A stretch of 64,000 bases of DNA from the human T2T-CHM13v2.0 reference genome, Homo sapiens, in the NCBI RefSeq assembly GCF_009914755.1, contig NC_060941.1. One strand, given 5' to 3'. The stretch's first letter is position 1, and each line of letters opens with the position of its first letter. Positions 11,601-26,800 of the stretch are shown in pieces. The position numbers were made by a program, and so were the translations under genes. The notes below the pieces were generated by a model. It did not search any database and was not told where the DNA came from. It saw nothing but the letters and a program-made list of their open reading frames with translations.

Positions 11601-14600
11601 TTGAACCCTCCTATGGATAGAGCATTGTTGAAACTCTCTTTTTGTGGAATCTGCAAGTGGATATGTGGACCTCTCCGAAGATGTCTTTGGAAACGGGAAT
11701 ATCTTCACATAAAAACTAAACAGAAGCATTCTCAGAAACTTCTCTGTGATGTTTGTGTTCAACTCGCAGAGTTTCACATTGCTTTTCATAGAGTAGTTCT
11801 GAAACATGCTTTTCGTAGTGTCTGCAAGTGGACATTTGGAGCGCTTTCAGGCCTGTGGTGGAAAACGAATTATGGTCCCATAAAAACTGGAGAGAAGCAT
11901 TGTCAGAAACTTCTTTGTGATGATTGCATTCAACTCACAGAGATGAAGGTTCCTTTACAAACAGCAGTTTCCAAACACTCTTTCTGTGGAATCTGCAAGT
12001 GGATATTTGGACCTCTTTGAAGATTTCGTTGGAAACGGGAGAATCTTCACAGAAAAGCTAAACAGAAGCATTCTCAGAAACTTCTTTGTGATGCTTGCAT
12101 TCAACTCACAGAGTTGAACTTTCCTTTCGAGAGAGTAGCTTTGAAACACTCTTTTCCAGAATCTGCAAGTGGACATTTGGAGGGCTTTGAGGCCTGTGGT
12201 GGAAAAGGAATTATCTTCCCGTAAAAGCTAGACAGAAGCATTCTCAGAAACTACTTTGTGATGATTGCATTCAAGTCACAGAGTTGAACATTCCCTTTGA
12301 CAGAGCAGTTTGGAAACTCTCTTTGTGTAGAATCTGCAAGTGGAGATATGGACCGCTTTGAGGCCTATGGTAGTAAAGGAAATAGCTTCATATAAAAGCT
12401 AGACAGTAGCATTCACAGAAAACTCTTGGTGACGAATGAGTTTAACTCACAGAGCTGAACATTCCTTTGGATGGAGCAGTTTCGAAACACACTATTTGTA
12501 GAATGTGCAAGTGGATATTTGGGCCTCTCTGAGGATTTCGTTGGAAACGGGATAAACCGCACAGAACTAAACAGAAGCATTCTCAGAACCTTCTTCGTGA
12601 TGTTTGCATTCAACTCACAGTGTAGAACCTTTCTTTGATAGTTCAGATTTGAAACGGTCTTTCTGTAGAAACTGCAAGTAGATATTTGGACCTCTCTGAG
12701 GATTTCGTTGGAAACGGGATAAACCGCACAGAACTAAAACAGAAGCATTCTCAGAACCCTCTTCGTGATGTTTGCATTCAACTCACAGTGCTGAACCTTT
12801 CTTTGATAGTTCAGCTTTGAAACACTCTTTTTGTAGAAACTGCAAGTGGATATTTGGTCCTCTCTGAGGATTTCGTTGGAAACGGGATAAAACGCACAGA
12901 ACTAAACAGAAGCATTCTCAGAACCTTCTTCGTGATGTCTGCATTCAACTCAAAGTGTGGAACCTTTCTTTGATAGTTCAGGTTTTAAAAACTCTTTTTG
13001 TACAAACTGCAAGGGGATAATTGCACTCTTTGAGGAGTACCGTAGTAAAGGAAATAACTTCCTTTAAAAAGAAGACAGAAGCTTTCTCAGAAAATTCTTT
13101 GGGATGATTGAGTTGAACTCACAGAGCTGAGCATTCCTTGCGATGTAGCAGTTTAGAAACACACTTTCTGCAGAATCTGCAAGTGCATATGTGGACCTCT
13201 CTGAGGAATTCGTTGGAAACGGGATAATTTCAGCTGACTAAACAGAAGCAGTCTCAGAATCTTCTTTGTGATGTTTGCATTCAAATCCCAGAGTTGAACT
13301 TTCCTTTCAAAGTTCACGTTTGACACACTCTTTTGCAGGATCTACAAGTGGATATTTGGACCACTCTGTGTCCTAAGTTCGAAACGGGTATATCTTCACA
13401 TGACATCTAGACAGAAGCATTCTCAGAAGCTTCTCTGTGATGACTGCATTCAACTCACGGAGTTGAACACTCCTTTTGAGAGCGCAGTTTTGAAACTCTC
13501 TTTCTGTGGCATCTGCAAGGGGACATGTAGACCTCTTTGAAGATTTCGTTGGAAACGGAATCATCTTCACATAAAAACTATACAGATGCATTCTCAGGAA
13601 CTTTTTGGTGATGTTTGTATTCAACCCCCAGAGTTGAACTTTCCTTTGGAAAGAGCAGCTATGAAACACTCTTTTTCTAGAATCTGCAAGTGGACGTTTG
13701 GAGGGCTTTGTGGTTTGTGGTGGAAAAGGAAATATCTTCACCTAAATACTAGATAGAAGCATTCTCAGAAACTGCTTTGTGATGATTGCATTCACCTCAC
13801 AGAGTTGAACATTCCTATTGATAGAGCAGTTTGGAAACACTCTTGTTGTGGAATGTGCAAGTGGAGATTTGGAGCGCTTTGAGGCCTATGGTAGTAAAGG
13901 GAATAGCTTCATAGAAAAACTAGACAGAAGCATTCTCAGAAAATACTTTGTGATGATTGAGTTTAACTCACAGAGCTGAACATTCCTTTGGATGGAGCAG
14001 GTTTGAGACACACTTTTTGTAGAATCTACAAGTGGATATTTGGACCTCTCTGAGGATTTCGTTGGAAACGGGATAACTGCACCTAACTAAACGGAAGCAT
14101 TCTCAGAAACTTCTTGGTGATGTTTGCATTCAAATCCCAGAGTTGAACCTTCCTGTGATAGTTCAGGTTTGAAACACTCTTTTTGTAGGATCTGCAAGTG
14201 GATATTTGGACCACTCTGTGGCCTTCGTTCGAAACGGGTACATCTTCACATAAAATCTAGACAGAAGCCTTCTCAGAAACTTCTCTGTGATGATTGCATT
14301 CAACTCACAGATTTGAACCCTCCTATGGATAGAGCATTGTTGAAACTCTCTTTTTGTGGAATCTGCAAGTGGATATGTGGACCTCTCCGAAGATGTCTTT
14401 GGAAACGGGAATATCTTCACATAAAAACTAAACAGAAGCATTCTCAGAAACTTCTCTGTGATGTTTGTGTTCAACTCCCAGAGTTTCACATTGCTTTTCA
14501 TAGAGTAGTTCTGAAACATGCTTTTCGTAGTGTCTGCAAGTGGACATTTGGAGCGCTTTCAGGCCTGTGGTGGAAAACGAATTATGGTCCCATAAAAACT

Positions 14601-17600
14601 GGAGAGAAGCATTGTCAGAAACTTCTTTGTGATGATTGCATTCAACTCACAGAGATGAAGATTCCTTTACAAACAGCAGTTTCCAAACACTCTTTCTGTG
14701 GAATCTGCAAGTGGATATTTGGACCTCTTTGAAGATTTCGTTGGAAACGGGAGAATCTTCACAGAAAAGCTAAACAGAAGCATTCTCAGAAACTTCTTTG
14801 TGATGCTTGCATTCAACTCACAGAGTTGAACTTTCCTTTCGAGAGAGAAGCTTTGAAACACTCTTTTTCCAGAATCTGCAAGTGGACATTTGGAGGGCTT
14901 TGAGGCCTGTGGTGGAAAAGGAATTAACTTCCCGTAAAAGCTAGATAGAAGCATTCTCAGAAACTACTTTGTGATGATTGCATTCAAGTCACAGAGTTGA
15001 ACATTCCCTTTGACAGAGCAGTTTGGAAACTCTCTTTGTGTAGAATCTGCAAGTGGAGATATGGACCGCTTTGAGGCCTATGGTAGTAAAGGAAATAGCT
15101 TCATATAAAAGCTAGACAGTAGCATTCACAGAAAACTCTTGGTGACGACTGAGTTTAACTCACAGAGCTGAACATTCCTTTGGATGGAGCAGTTTCGAAA
15201 CACACTATTTGTAGAATGTGCAAGTGGATATTTGGGCCTCTCTGAGGATTTCGTTGGAAACGGGATAAACCGCACAGAACTAAACAGAAGCATTCTCAGA
15301 ACCTTCTTCGTGATGTTTGCATTCAACTCACAGTGTTGAACCTTTCTTTGATAGTTCAGGTTTGAAACGGTCTTTCTGTAGAAACTGCAAGTAGATATTT
15401 GGACCTCTCTGAGGATTTCGTTGGAAACGGGATAAACCGCACAGAACTAAAACAGAAGCATTCTCAGAACCCTCTTCGTGATGTTTGCATTCAACTCACA
15501 GTGCTGAACCTTTCTTTGATAGTTCAGCTTTGAAACACTCTTCTTGTAGAAACTGCAAGTGGATATTTGGTCCTCTCTGAGGATTTCGTTGGAAACGGGA
15601 TAAACCGCACAGAACTAAACAGAAGCATTCTCAGAACCTTCTTCGTGATGTCTGCATTCAACTCACAGTGTGGAACCTTTCTTTGATAGTTCAGGTTTGA
15701 AACACTCTTTTTGTAGAAACTGCAAGGGGATAATTGCACTTCTTTGAGGCCTACCGTAGTAAAGGAAATAACTTCCTATAGAAAGAAGACAGAAGCTTTC
15801 TCAGAAAATTCTTTGGGATGATTGAGTGGAACTCACAGAGCTGTACATTCCTTGCGATGTAGCAGTTTAGAAACACACTTTCTGCAGAATCTGCAAGTGC
15901 ATATTTGGACCTCTCTGAGGAATTCGTTGGAAACGGGATAATTTCAGCTGACTAAACAGAAGCAGTCTCAGAATCTTCTTTGTGATGTTTGCATTCAAAT
16001 CCCAGAGTTGAACTTTCCTTTCAAAGTTCACGTTTGAAACACTCTTTTTGCAGGATCTACAAGTGGATATTTGGACCACTCTGTGTCCTTCGTTCGAAAC
16101 GGGTATATCTTCACATGACATCTAGACAGAAGCATTCTCAGAAGCTTCTCTGTGATGACTGCATTCAACTCACGGAGTTGAACACTCCTTTTGAGAGCGC
16201 AGTTTTGAAACTCTCTTTCTGTGGCATCTGCAAGGGGACATGTAGACCTCTTTGAAGATTTTGTTGGAAACGGAATCATCTTCACATAAAAACTATACAG
16301 ATGCATTCTCAGGAACTTTTTGGTGATGTTTGTATTCAACTCCCAGAGTTGAACTTTCCTTTGGAAAGAGCAGCTATGAAACACTCTTTTTCTAGAATCT
16401 GCAAGTGGACGTTTGGAGGGCTTTGTGGTTTGTGGTGGAAAAGGAAATATCTTCACCTAAATACTAGATAGAAGCATTCTCAGAAACTGCTTTGTGATGA
16501 TTGCATTCACCTCACAGAGTTGAACATTCCTATTGATAGAGCAGTTTGGAAACACTCTTGTTGTGGAATGTGCAAGTGGAGACTTGGAGCGTTTTGAGGC
16601 CTATGGTAGTAAAGGGAATAGCTTCATAGAAAAACTAGACAGAAGCATTCTCAGAAAATACTTTGTGATGATTGAGTTTAACTCACAGAGCTGAACATTC
16701 CTTTGGATGGAGCAGGTTTGAGACACACTTTTTGTAGAAACTACAAGTGGATATTTGGACCTCTCTGAGGATTTCGTTGGAAACGCGATAACTGCACCTA
16801 ATTAAACGGAAGCATTCTCAGAAACTTCTTGGTGATGTTTGCATTCAAATCCCAGAGTTGAACCTTCCTTTGATAGTTCAGGTTTGAAACACTCTTTTTG
16901 TAGGATCTGCAAGTGGATATTTGGACCACTCTGTGGCCTTCGTTCGAAACGGGTACATCTTCGCATAAAATCTAGACAGAAGCCTTCTCAGAAACTTCTC
17001 TGTGATGATTGCATTCAACTCACAGAGTTGAACCCTCCTATGGATAGAGCATTGTTGAAACTCTCTTTTTGTGGAATCTGCAAGTGGATATGTGGACCTC
17101 TCCGAAGATGTCTTTGGAAACGGGAATATCTTCACATAAAAACTAAACAGAAGCATTCTCAGAAACTTCTCTGTGATGTTTGTGTTCAACTCGCAGAGTT
17201 TCACATTGCTTTTCATAGAGTAGTTCTGAAACATGCTTTTCGTAGTGTCTGCAAGTGGACATTTGGAGCGCTTTCAGGCCTGTGGTGGAAAACGAATTAT
17301 GGTCCCATAAAAACTGGAGAGAAGCATTGTCAGAAACTTCTTTGTGATGATTGCATTCAACTCACAGAGATGAAGGTTCCTTTACAAACAGCAGTTTCCA
17401 AACACTCTTTCTGTGGAATCTGCAAGTGGATATTTGGACCTCTTTGAAGATTTCGTTGGAAACGGGAGAATCTTCACAGAAAAGCTAAACAGAAGCATTC
17501 TCAGAAACTTCTTTGTGATGCTTGCATTCAACTCACAGAGTTGAACTTTCCTTTCGAGAGAGTAGCTTTGAAACACTCTTTTCCAGAATCTGCAAGTGGA

Positions 17601-17862
17601 CATTTGGAGGGCTTTGAGGCCTGTGGTGGAAAAGGAATTATCTTCCCGTAAAAGCTAGACAGAAGCATTCTCAGAAACTACTTTGTGATGATTGCATTCA
17701 AGTCACAGAGTTGAACATTCCCTTTGACAGAGCAGTTTGGAAACTCTCTTTGTGTAGAATCTGCAAGTGGAGATATGGACCGCTTTGAGGCCTATGGTAG
17801 TAAAGGAAATAGCTTCATATAAAAGCTAGACAGTAGCATTCACAGAAAACTCTTGGTGACGA
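6632..17862 (+). repeat. Tandem duplication of a two-HOR block, period 5427 bp
   Basis: Unit lengths alternate 2712/2715/2712/2715, and diagnostic variants and ORF translations recur at +5427. Flanking mismatches lie at 6631/12058 and 12436/17863. Confidence 0.85.
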
Positions 17863-20800
17863 CTGAGTTTAACTCACAGAGCTGAACATTCCTTTGGATG
17901 GAGCAGTTTCGAAACACACTATTTGTAGAATGTGCAAGTGGATATTTGGGACTCTCTGAGGATTTCGTTGGAAACGGGATAAACCGCACAGACCTAAACA
18001 GAAGCATTCTCAGAACCTTCTTCGTGATGTTTGCATTCAACTCACAGTGTAGAACCTTTCTTTGATAGTTCAGATTTGAAACGGTCTTTCTGTAGAAACT
18101 GCAAGTAGATATTTGGACCTCTCTGAGCATTTCGTTGGAAACGGGATAAACCGCACAGAACTAAAACAGAAGCATTCTCAGAACCCTCTTCGTGATGTTT
18201 GCATTCAACTCACAGTGCTGAACCTTTCTTTGATAGTTCAGCTTTGAAACACTCTTTTTGTAGAAACTGCAAGTGGATATTTGGTCCTCTCTGAGGATTT
18301 CGTTGGAAACGGGATAAACCGCACAGAACTAAACAGAAGCATTCTCAGAACCTTCTTCGTGATGTCTGCATTCAACTCACAGTGTGGAACCTTTCTTTGA
18401 TAGTTCAGGTTTGAAACACTCTTTTTGTAGAAACTGCAAGGGGATAATTGCACTTCTTTGAGGCCTACCGTAGTAAAGGAAATAACTTCCTATAGAAAGA
18501 AGACAGAAGCTTTCTCAGAAAATTCTTTGGGATGATTGAGTGGAACTCACAGAGCTGAACATTCCTTGCGATGTAGCAGTTTAGAAACACACTTTCTGCA
18601 GAATCTGCAAGTGCATATTTGGACCTCTCTGAGGAATTCGTTGGAAACGGGATAATTTCAGCTGACTAAACAGAAGCAGTCTCAGAATCTTCTTTGTGAT
18701 GTTTGCATTCAAATCCCAGAGTTGAACTTTCCTTTCAAAGTTCACGTTTGAAACACTCTTTTTGCAGGATCTACAAGTGGATATTTGGACCACTCTGTAT
18801 CCTTCGTTCGAAACGGGTATATCTTCACATGACATCTAGACAGAAGCATTCTCAGAAGCTTCTCTGTGATGACTGCATTCAACTCACGGAGTTGAACACT
18901 CCTTTTGAGAGCGCAGTTTTGAAACTCTCTTTCTGTGGCATCTGCAAGGGGACATGTAGACCTCTTTGAATATTTCGTAGGAAACGGAATCATCTTCACA
19001 TAAAAACTATACAGATGCATTCTCAGGAACTTTTTGGTGATGTTTGTATTCAACTCCCAGAGTTGAACTTTCCTTTGGAAAGAGCAGCTATGACACACTC
19101 TTTTTCTAGAATCTGCAAGTGGACGTTTGCAGGGCTTTGTGGTTTGTGGTGGAAAAGGAAATATCTTCACCTAAATACTAGATAGAAGCATTCTCAGAAA
19201 CTACTTTGTGATGATTGCATTCACCTCACAGAGTTGAACATTCCTATTGATAGAGCAGTTTGGAAACACTCTTGTTGTGGAATGTGCAAGTGGAGATTTG
19301 GAGCGCTTTGAGGCCTATGGTAGTAAAGGGAATAGCTTTATAGAAAAACTAGACAGAAGCATTCTCAGAAAATACTTTGTGATGATTGAGTTTAACTCAC
19401 AGAGCTGAACATTCCTTTGGATGGAGCAGGTTTGAGACACACTTTTTGTAGAATCTACAAGTGGATATTTGGACCTCTCTGAGGATTTCGTTGGAAACGC
19501 GATAACTGCACCTAACTAAACGGAAGCATTCTCAGAAACTTCTTGGTGATGTTTGCATTCAAATCCCAGAGTTGAACCTTCCTGTGATAGTTCAGGTTTG
19601 AAACACTCTTTTTGTAGGATCTGCAAGTGGATATTTGGACCACTCTGTGGCCTTCGTTCGAAACGGGTACATCTTCACATAAAATCTAGACAGAAGCCTT
19701 CTCAGAAACTTCTCTGTGATGATTGCATTCAACTCACAGAGTTGAACCCTCCTATGGATAGAGCATTGTTGAAACTCTCTTTTTGTGGAATCTGCAAGTG
19801 GATATGTGGACCTCTCCGAAGATGTCTTTGGAAACGGGAATATCTTCACATAAAAACTAAACAGAAGCATTCTCAGAAACTTCTCTGTGATGTTTGTGTT
19901 CAACTCCCAGAGTTTCACATTGCTTTTCATAGAGTAGTTCTGAAACATGCTTTTCGTAGTGTCTGCAAGTGGACATTTGGAGCGCTTTCAGGCCTGTGGT
20001 GGAAAACGAATTATGGTCCCATAAAAACTGGAGAGAAGCATTGTCAGAAACTTCTTTGTGATGATTGCATTCAACTCACAGAGATGAAGATTCCTTTACA
20101 AACAGCAGTTTCCAAACACTCTTTCTGTGGAATCTGCAAGTGGATATTTGGACCTCTTTGAAGATTTCGTTGGAAACGGGAGAATCTTCACAGAAAAGCT
20201 AAACAGAAGCATTCTCAGAAACTTCTTTGTGATGCTTGCATTCAACTCACAGAGTTGAACTTTCCTTTCGAGAGAGAAGCTTTGAAACACTCTTTTTCCA
20301 GAATCTGCAAGTGGACATTTGGAGGGCTTTGAGGCCTGTGGTGGAAAAGGAATTAACTTCCCGTAAAAGCTAGATAGAAGCATTCTCAGAAACTACTTTG
20401 TGATGATTGCATTCAAGTCACAGAGTTGAACATTCCCTTTGACAGAGCAGTTTGGAAACTCTCTTTGTGTAGAATCTGCAAGTGGAGATATGGACCGCTT
20501 TGAGGCCTATGGTAGTAAAGGAAATAGCTTCATATAAAAGCTAGACAGTAGCATTCACAGAAAACTCTTGGTGACGACTGAGTTTAACTCACAGAGCTGA
20601 ACATTCCTTTGGATGGAGCAGTTTCGAAACACACTATTTGTAGAATGTGCAAGTGGATATTTGGGCCTCTCTGAGGATTTCGTTGGAAACGGGATAAACC
20701 GCACAGAACTAAACAGAAGCATTCTCAGAACCTTCTTCGTGATGTTTGCATTCAACTCACAGTGTTGAACCTTTCTTTGATAGTTCAGGTTTGAAACGGT

Positions 20801-23800
20801 CTTTCTGTAGAAACTGCAAGTAGATATTTGGACCTCTCTGAGGATTTCGTTGGAAACGGGATAAACCGCACAGAACTAAAACAGAAGCATTCTCAGAACC
20901 CTCTTCGTGATGTTTGCATTCAACTCATAGTGCTGAACCTTTCTTTGATAGTTCAGCTTTCAAACACTCTTCTTGTAGAAACTGCAAGTGGATATTTGGT
21001 CCTCTCTGAGGATTTCGTTGGAAACGGGATAAACCGCACAGAACTAAACAGAAGCATTCTCAGAACCTTCTTCGTGATGTCTGCATTCAACTCACAGTGT
21101 GGAACCTTTCTTTGATAGTTCAGGTTTGAAACACTCTTTTTGTAGAAACTGCAAGGGGATAATTGCACTTCTTTGAGGCCTACCGTAGTAAAGGAAATAA
21201 CTTCCTATAGAAAGAAGACAGAAGCTTTCTCAGAAAATTCTTTGGGATGATTGAGTGGAACTCACAGAGCTGTACATTCCTTGCGATGTAGCAGTTTAGA
21301 AACACACTTTCTGCAGAATCTGCAAGTGCATATTTGGACCTCTCTGAGGAATTCGTTGGAAACGGGATAATTTCAGCTGACTAAACAGAAGCAGTCTCAG
21401 AATCTTCTTTGTGATGTTTGCATTCAAATCCCAGAGTTGAAATTTCCTTTCAAAGTTCACGTTTGAAACACTCTTTTTGCAGGATCTACAAGTGGATATT
21501 TGGACCACTCTGTGTCCTTCGTTCGAAACGGGTATATCTTCACATGACATCTAGACAGAAGCATTCTCAGAAGCTTCTCTGTGATGACTGCATTCAACTC
21601 ACGGAGTTCAACACTCCTTTTGAGAGCGCAGTTTTGAAACTCTCTTTCTGTGGCATCTGCAAGGGGACATGTAGACCTCTTTGAAGATTTTGTTGGAAAC
21701 GGAATCATCTTCACATAAAAACTATACAGATGCATTCTCAGGAACTTTTTGGTGATGTTTGTATTCAACTCCCAGAGTTGAACTTTCCTTTGGAAAGAGC
21801 AGCTATGAAACACTCTTTTTCTAGAATCTGCAAGTGGACGTTTGGAGGGCTTTGTGGTTTGTGGTGGAAAAGGAAATATCTTCACCTAAATACTAGATAG
21901 AAGCATTCTCAGAAACTGCTTTGTGATGATTGCATTCACCTCACAGAGTTGAACATTCCTATTGATAGAGCAGTTTGGAAACACTCTTGTTGTGGAATGT
22001 GCAAGTGGAGATTTGGAGCGTTTTGAGGCCTATGGTAGTAAAGGGAATAGCTTCATAGAAAAACTAGACAGAAGCATTCTCAGAAAATACTTTGTGATGA
22101 TTGAGTTTAACTCACAGAGCTGAACATTCCTTTGGATGGAGCAGGTTTGAGACACACTTTTTGTAGAAACTACAAGTGGATATTTGGACCTCTCTGAGGA
22201 TTTCGTTGGAAACGCGATAACTGCACCTAATTAAACGGAAGCATTCTCAGAAACTTCTTGGTGATGTTTGCATTCAAATCCCAGAGTTGAACCTTCCTTT
22301 GATAGTTCAGGTTTGAAACACTCTTTTTGTAGGATCTGCAAGTGGATATTTGGACCACTCTGTGGCCTTCGTTCGAAACGGGTACATCTTCGCATAAAAT
22401 CTAGACAGAAGCCTTCTCAGAAACTTCTCTGTGATGATTGCATTCAACTCACAGAGTTGAACCCTCCTATGGATAGAGCATTGTTGAAACTCTCTTTTTG
22501 TGGAATCTGCAAGTGGATATGTGGACCTCTCCGAAGATGTCTTTGGAAACGGGAATATCTTCACATAAAAACTAAACAGAAGCATTCTCAGAAACTTCTC
22601 TGTGATGTTTGTGTTCAACTCCCAGAGTTTCACATTGCTTTTCATAGAGTAGTTCTGAAACATGCTTTTCGTAGTGTCTGCAAGTGGACATTTGGAGCGC
22701 TTTCAGGCCTGTGGTGGAAAACGAATTATGGTCACATAAAAACTGGAGAGAAGCATTGTCAGAAACTTCTTTGTGATGATTGCATTCAACTCACAGAGAT
22801 GAAGGTTCCTTTACAAACAGCAGTTTCCAAACACTCTTTCTGTGGAATCTGCAAGTGGATATTTGGACCTCTTTGAAGATTTCGTTGGAAACGGGAGAAT
22901 CTTCACAGAAAAGCTAAACAGAAGCATTCTCAGAAACTTCTTTGTGATGCTTGCATTCAACTCACAGAGTTGAACTTTCCTTTCGAGAGAGTAGCTTTGA
23001 AACACTCTTTTCCAGAATCTGCAAGTGGACATTTGGAGGGCTTTGAGGCCTGTGGTGGAAAAGGAATTATCTTCCCGTAAAAGCTAGACAGAAGCATTCT
23101 CAGAAACTACTTTGTGATGATTGCATTCAAGTCACAGAGTTGAACATTCCCTTTGACAGAGCAGTTTGGAAACTCTCTTTGTGTAGAATCTGCAAGTGGA
23201 GATATGGACCGCTTTGAGGCCTATGGTAGTAAAGGAAATAGCTTCATATAAAAGCTAGACAGTAGCATTCACAGAAAACTCTTGGTGACGACTGAGTTTA
23301 ACTCACAGAGCTGAACATTCCTTTGGATGGAGCAGTTTCGAAACACACTATTTGTAGAATGTGCAAGTGGATATTTGGGACTCTCTGAGGATTTCGTTGG
23401 AAACGGGATAAACCGCACAGACCTAAACAGAAGCATTCTCAGAACCTTCTTCGTGATGTTTGCATTCAACTCACAGTGTAGAACCTTTCTTTGATAGTTC
23501 AGATTTGAAACGGTCTTTCTGTAGAAACTGCAAGTAGATATTTGGACCTCTCTGAGCATTTCGTTGGAAACGGGATAAACCGCACAGAACTAAAACAGAA
23601 GCATTCTCAGAACCCTCTTCGTGATGTTTGCATTCAACTCACAGTGCTGAACCTTTCTTTGATAGTTCAGCTTTGAAACACTCTTTTTGTAGAAACTGCA
23701 AGTGGATATTTGGTCCTCTCTGAGGATTTCGTTGGAAACGGGATAAACCGCACAGAACTAAACAGAAGCATTCTCAGAACCTTCTTCGTGATGTCTGCAT

Positions 23801-26800
23801 TCAACTCACAGTGTGGAACCTTTCTTTGATAGTTCAGGTTTGAAACACTCTTTTTGTAGAAACTGCAAGGGGATAATTGCACTTCTTTGAGGCCTACCGT
23901 AGTAAAGGAAATAACTTCCTATAGAAAGAAGACAGAAGCTTTCTCAGAAAATTCTTTGGGATGATTGAGTGGAACTCACAGAGCTGAACATTCCTTGCGA
24001 TGTAGCAGTTTAGAAACACACTTTCTGCAGAATCTGCAAGTGCATATTTGGACCTCTCTGAGGAATTCGTTGGAAACGGGATAATTTCAGCTGACTAAAC
24101 AGAAGCAGTCTCAGAATCTTCTTTGTGATGTTTGCATTCAAATCCCAGAGTTGAACTTTCCTTTCAAAGTTCACGTTTGAAACACTCTTTTTGCAGGATC
24201 TACAAGTGGATATTTGGACCACTCTGTATCCTTCGTTCGAAACGGGTATATCTTCACATGACATCTAGACAGAAGCATTCTCAGAAGCTTCTCTGTGATG
24301 ACTGCATTCAACTCACGGAGTTGAACACTCCTTTTGAGAGCGCAGTTTTGAAACTCTCTTTCTGTGGCATCTGCAAGGGGACATGTAGACCTCTTTGAAT
24401 ATTTCGTAGGAAACGGAATCATCTTCACATAAAAACTATACAGATGCATTCTCAGGAACTTTTTGGTGATGTTTGTATTCAACTCCCAGAGTTGAACTTT
24501 CCTTTGGAAAGAGCAGCTATGACACACTCTTTTTCTAGAATCTGCAAGTGGACGTTTGCAGGGCTTTGTGGTTTGTGGTGGAAAAGGAAATATCTTCACC
24601 TAAATACTAGATAGAAGCATTCTCAGAAACTACTTTGTGATGATTGCATTCACCTCACAGAGTTGAACATTCCTATTGATAGAGCAGTTTGGAAACACTC
24701 TTGTTGTGGAATGTGCAAGTGGAGATTTGGAGCGCTTTGAGGCCTATGGTAGTAAAGGGAATAGCTTTATAGAAAAACTAGACAGAAGCATTCTCAGAAA
24801 ATACTTTGTGATGATTGAGTTTAACTCACAGAGCTGAACATTCCTTTGGATGGAGCAGGTTTGAGACACACTTTTTGTAGAATCTACAAGTGGATATTTG
24901 GACCTCTCTGAGGATTTCGTTGGAAACGCGATAACTGCACCTAACTAAACGGAAGCATTCTCAGAAACTTCTTGGTGATGTTTGCATTCAAATCCCAGAG
25001 TTGAACCTTCCTGTGATAGTTCAGGTTTGAAACACTCTTTTTGTAGGATCTGCAAGTGGATATTTGGACCACTCTGTGGCCTTCGTTCGAAACGGGTACA
25101 TCTTCACATAAAATCTAGACAGAAGCCTTCTCAGAAACTTCTCTGTGATGATTGCATTCAACTCACAGAGTTGAACCCTCCTATGGATAGAGCATTGTTG
25201 AAACTCTCTTTTTGTGGAATCTGCAAGTGGATATGTGGACCTCTCCGAAGATGTCTTTGGAAACGGGAATATCTTCACATAAAAACTAAACAGAAGCATT
25301 CTCAGAAACTTCTCTGTGATGTTTGTGTTCAACTCCCAGAGTTTCACATTGCTTTTCATAGAGTAGTTCTGAAACATGCTTTTCGTAGTGTCTGCAAGTG
25401 GACATTTGGAGCGCTTTCAGGCCTGTGGTGGAAAACGAATTATGGTCCCATAAAAACTGGAGAGAAGCATTGTCAGAAACTTCTTTGTGATGATTGCATT
25501 CAACTCACAGAGATGAAGATTCCTTTACAAACAGCAGTTTCCAAACACTCTTTCTGTGGAATCTGCAAGTGGATATTTGGACCTCTTTGAAGATTTCGTT
25601 GGAAACGGGAGAATCTTCACAGAAAAGCTAAACAGAAGCATTCTCAGAAACTTCTTTGTGATGCTTGCATTCAACTCACAGAGTTGAACTTTCCTTTCGA
25701 GAGAGAAGCTTTGAAACACTCTTTTTCCAGAATCTGCAAGTGGACATTTGGAGGGCTTTGAGGCCTGTGGTGGAAAAGGAATTAACTTCCCGTAAAAGCT
25801 AGATAGAAGCATTCTCAGAAACTACTTTGTGATGATTGCATTCAAGTCACAGAGTTGAACATTCCCTTTGACAGAGCAGTTTGGAAACTCTCTTTGTGTA
25901 GAATCTGCAAGTGGAGATATGGACCGCTTTGAGGCCTATGGTAGTAAAGGAAATAGCTTCATATAAAAGCTAGACAGTAGCATTCACAGAAAACTCTTGG
26001 TGACGACTGAGTTTAACTCACAGAGCTGAACATTCCTTTGGATGGAGCAGTTTCGAAACACACTATTTGTAGAATGTGCAAGTGGATATTTGGGCCTCTC
26101 TGAGGATTTCGTTGGAAACGGGATAAACCGCACAGAACTAAACAGAAGCATTCTCAGAACCTTCTTCGTGATGTTTGCATTCAACTCACAGTGTTGAACC
26201 TTTCTTTGATAGTTCAGGTTTGAAACGGTCTTTCTGTAGAAACTGCAAGTAGATATTTGGACCTCTCTGAGGATTTCGTTGGAAACGGGATAAACCGCAC
26301 AGAACTAAAACAGAAGCATTCTCAGAACCCTCTTCGTGATGTTTGCATTCAACTCATAGTGCTGAACCTTTCTTTGATAGTTCAGCTTTCAAACACTCTT
26401 CTTGTAGAAACTGCAAGTGGATATTTGGTCCTCTCTGAGGATTTCGTTGGAAACGGGATAAACCGCACAGAACTAAACAGAAGCATTCTCAGAACCTTCT
26501 TCGTGATGTCTGCATTCAACTCACAGTGTGGAACCTTTCTTTGATAGTTCAGGTTTGAAACACTCTTTTTGTAGAAACTGCAAGGGGATAATTGCACTTC
26601 TTTGAGGCCTACCGTAGTAAAGGAAATAACTTCCTATAGAAAGAAGACAGAAGCTTTCTCAGAAAATTCTTTGGGATGATTGAGTGGAACTCACAGAGCT
26701 GTACATTCCTTGCGATGTAGCAGTTTAGAAACACACTTTCTGCAGAATCTGCAAGTGCATATTTGGACCTCTCTGAGGAATTCGTTGGAAACGGGATAAT

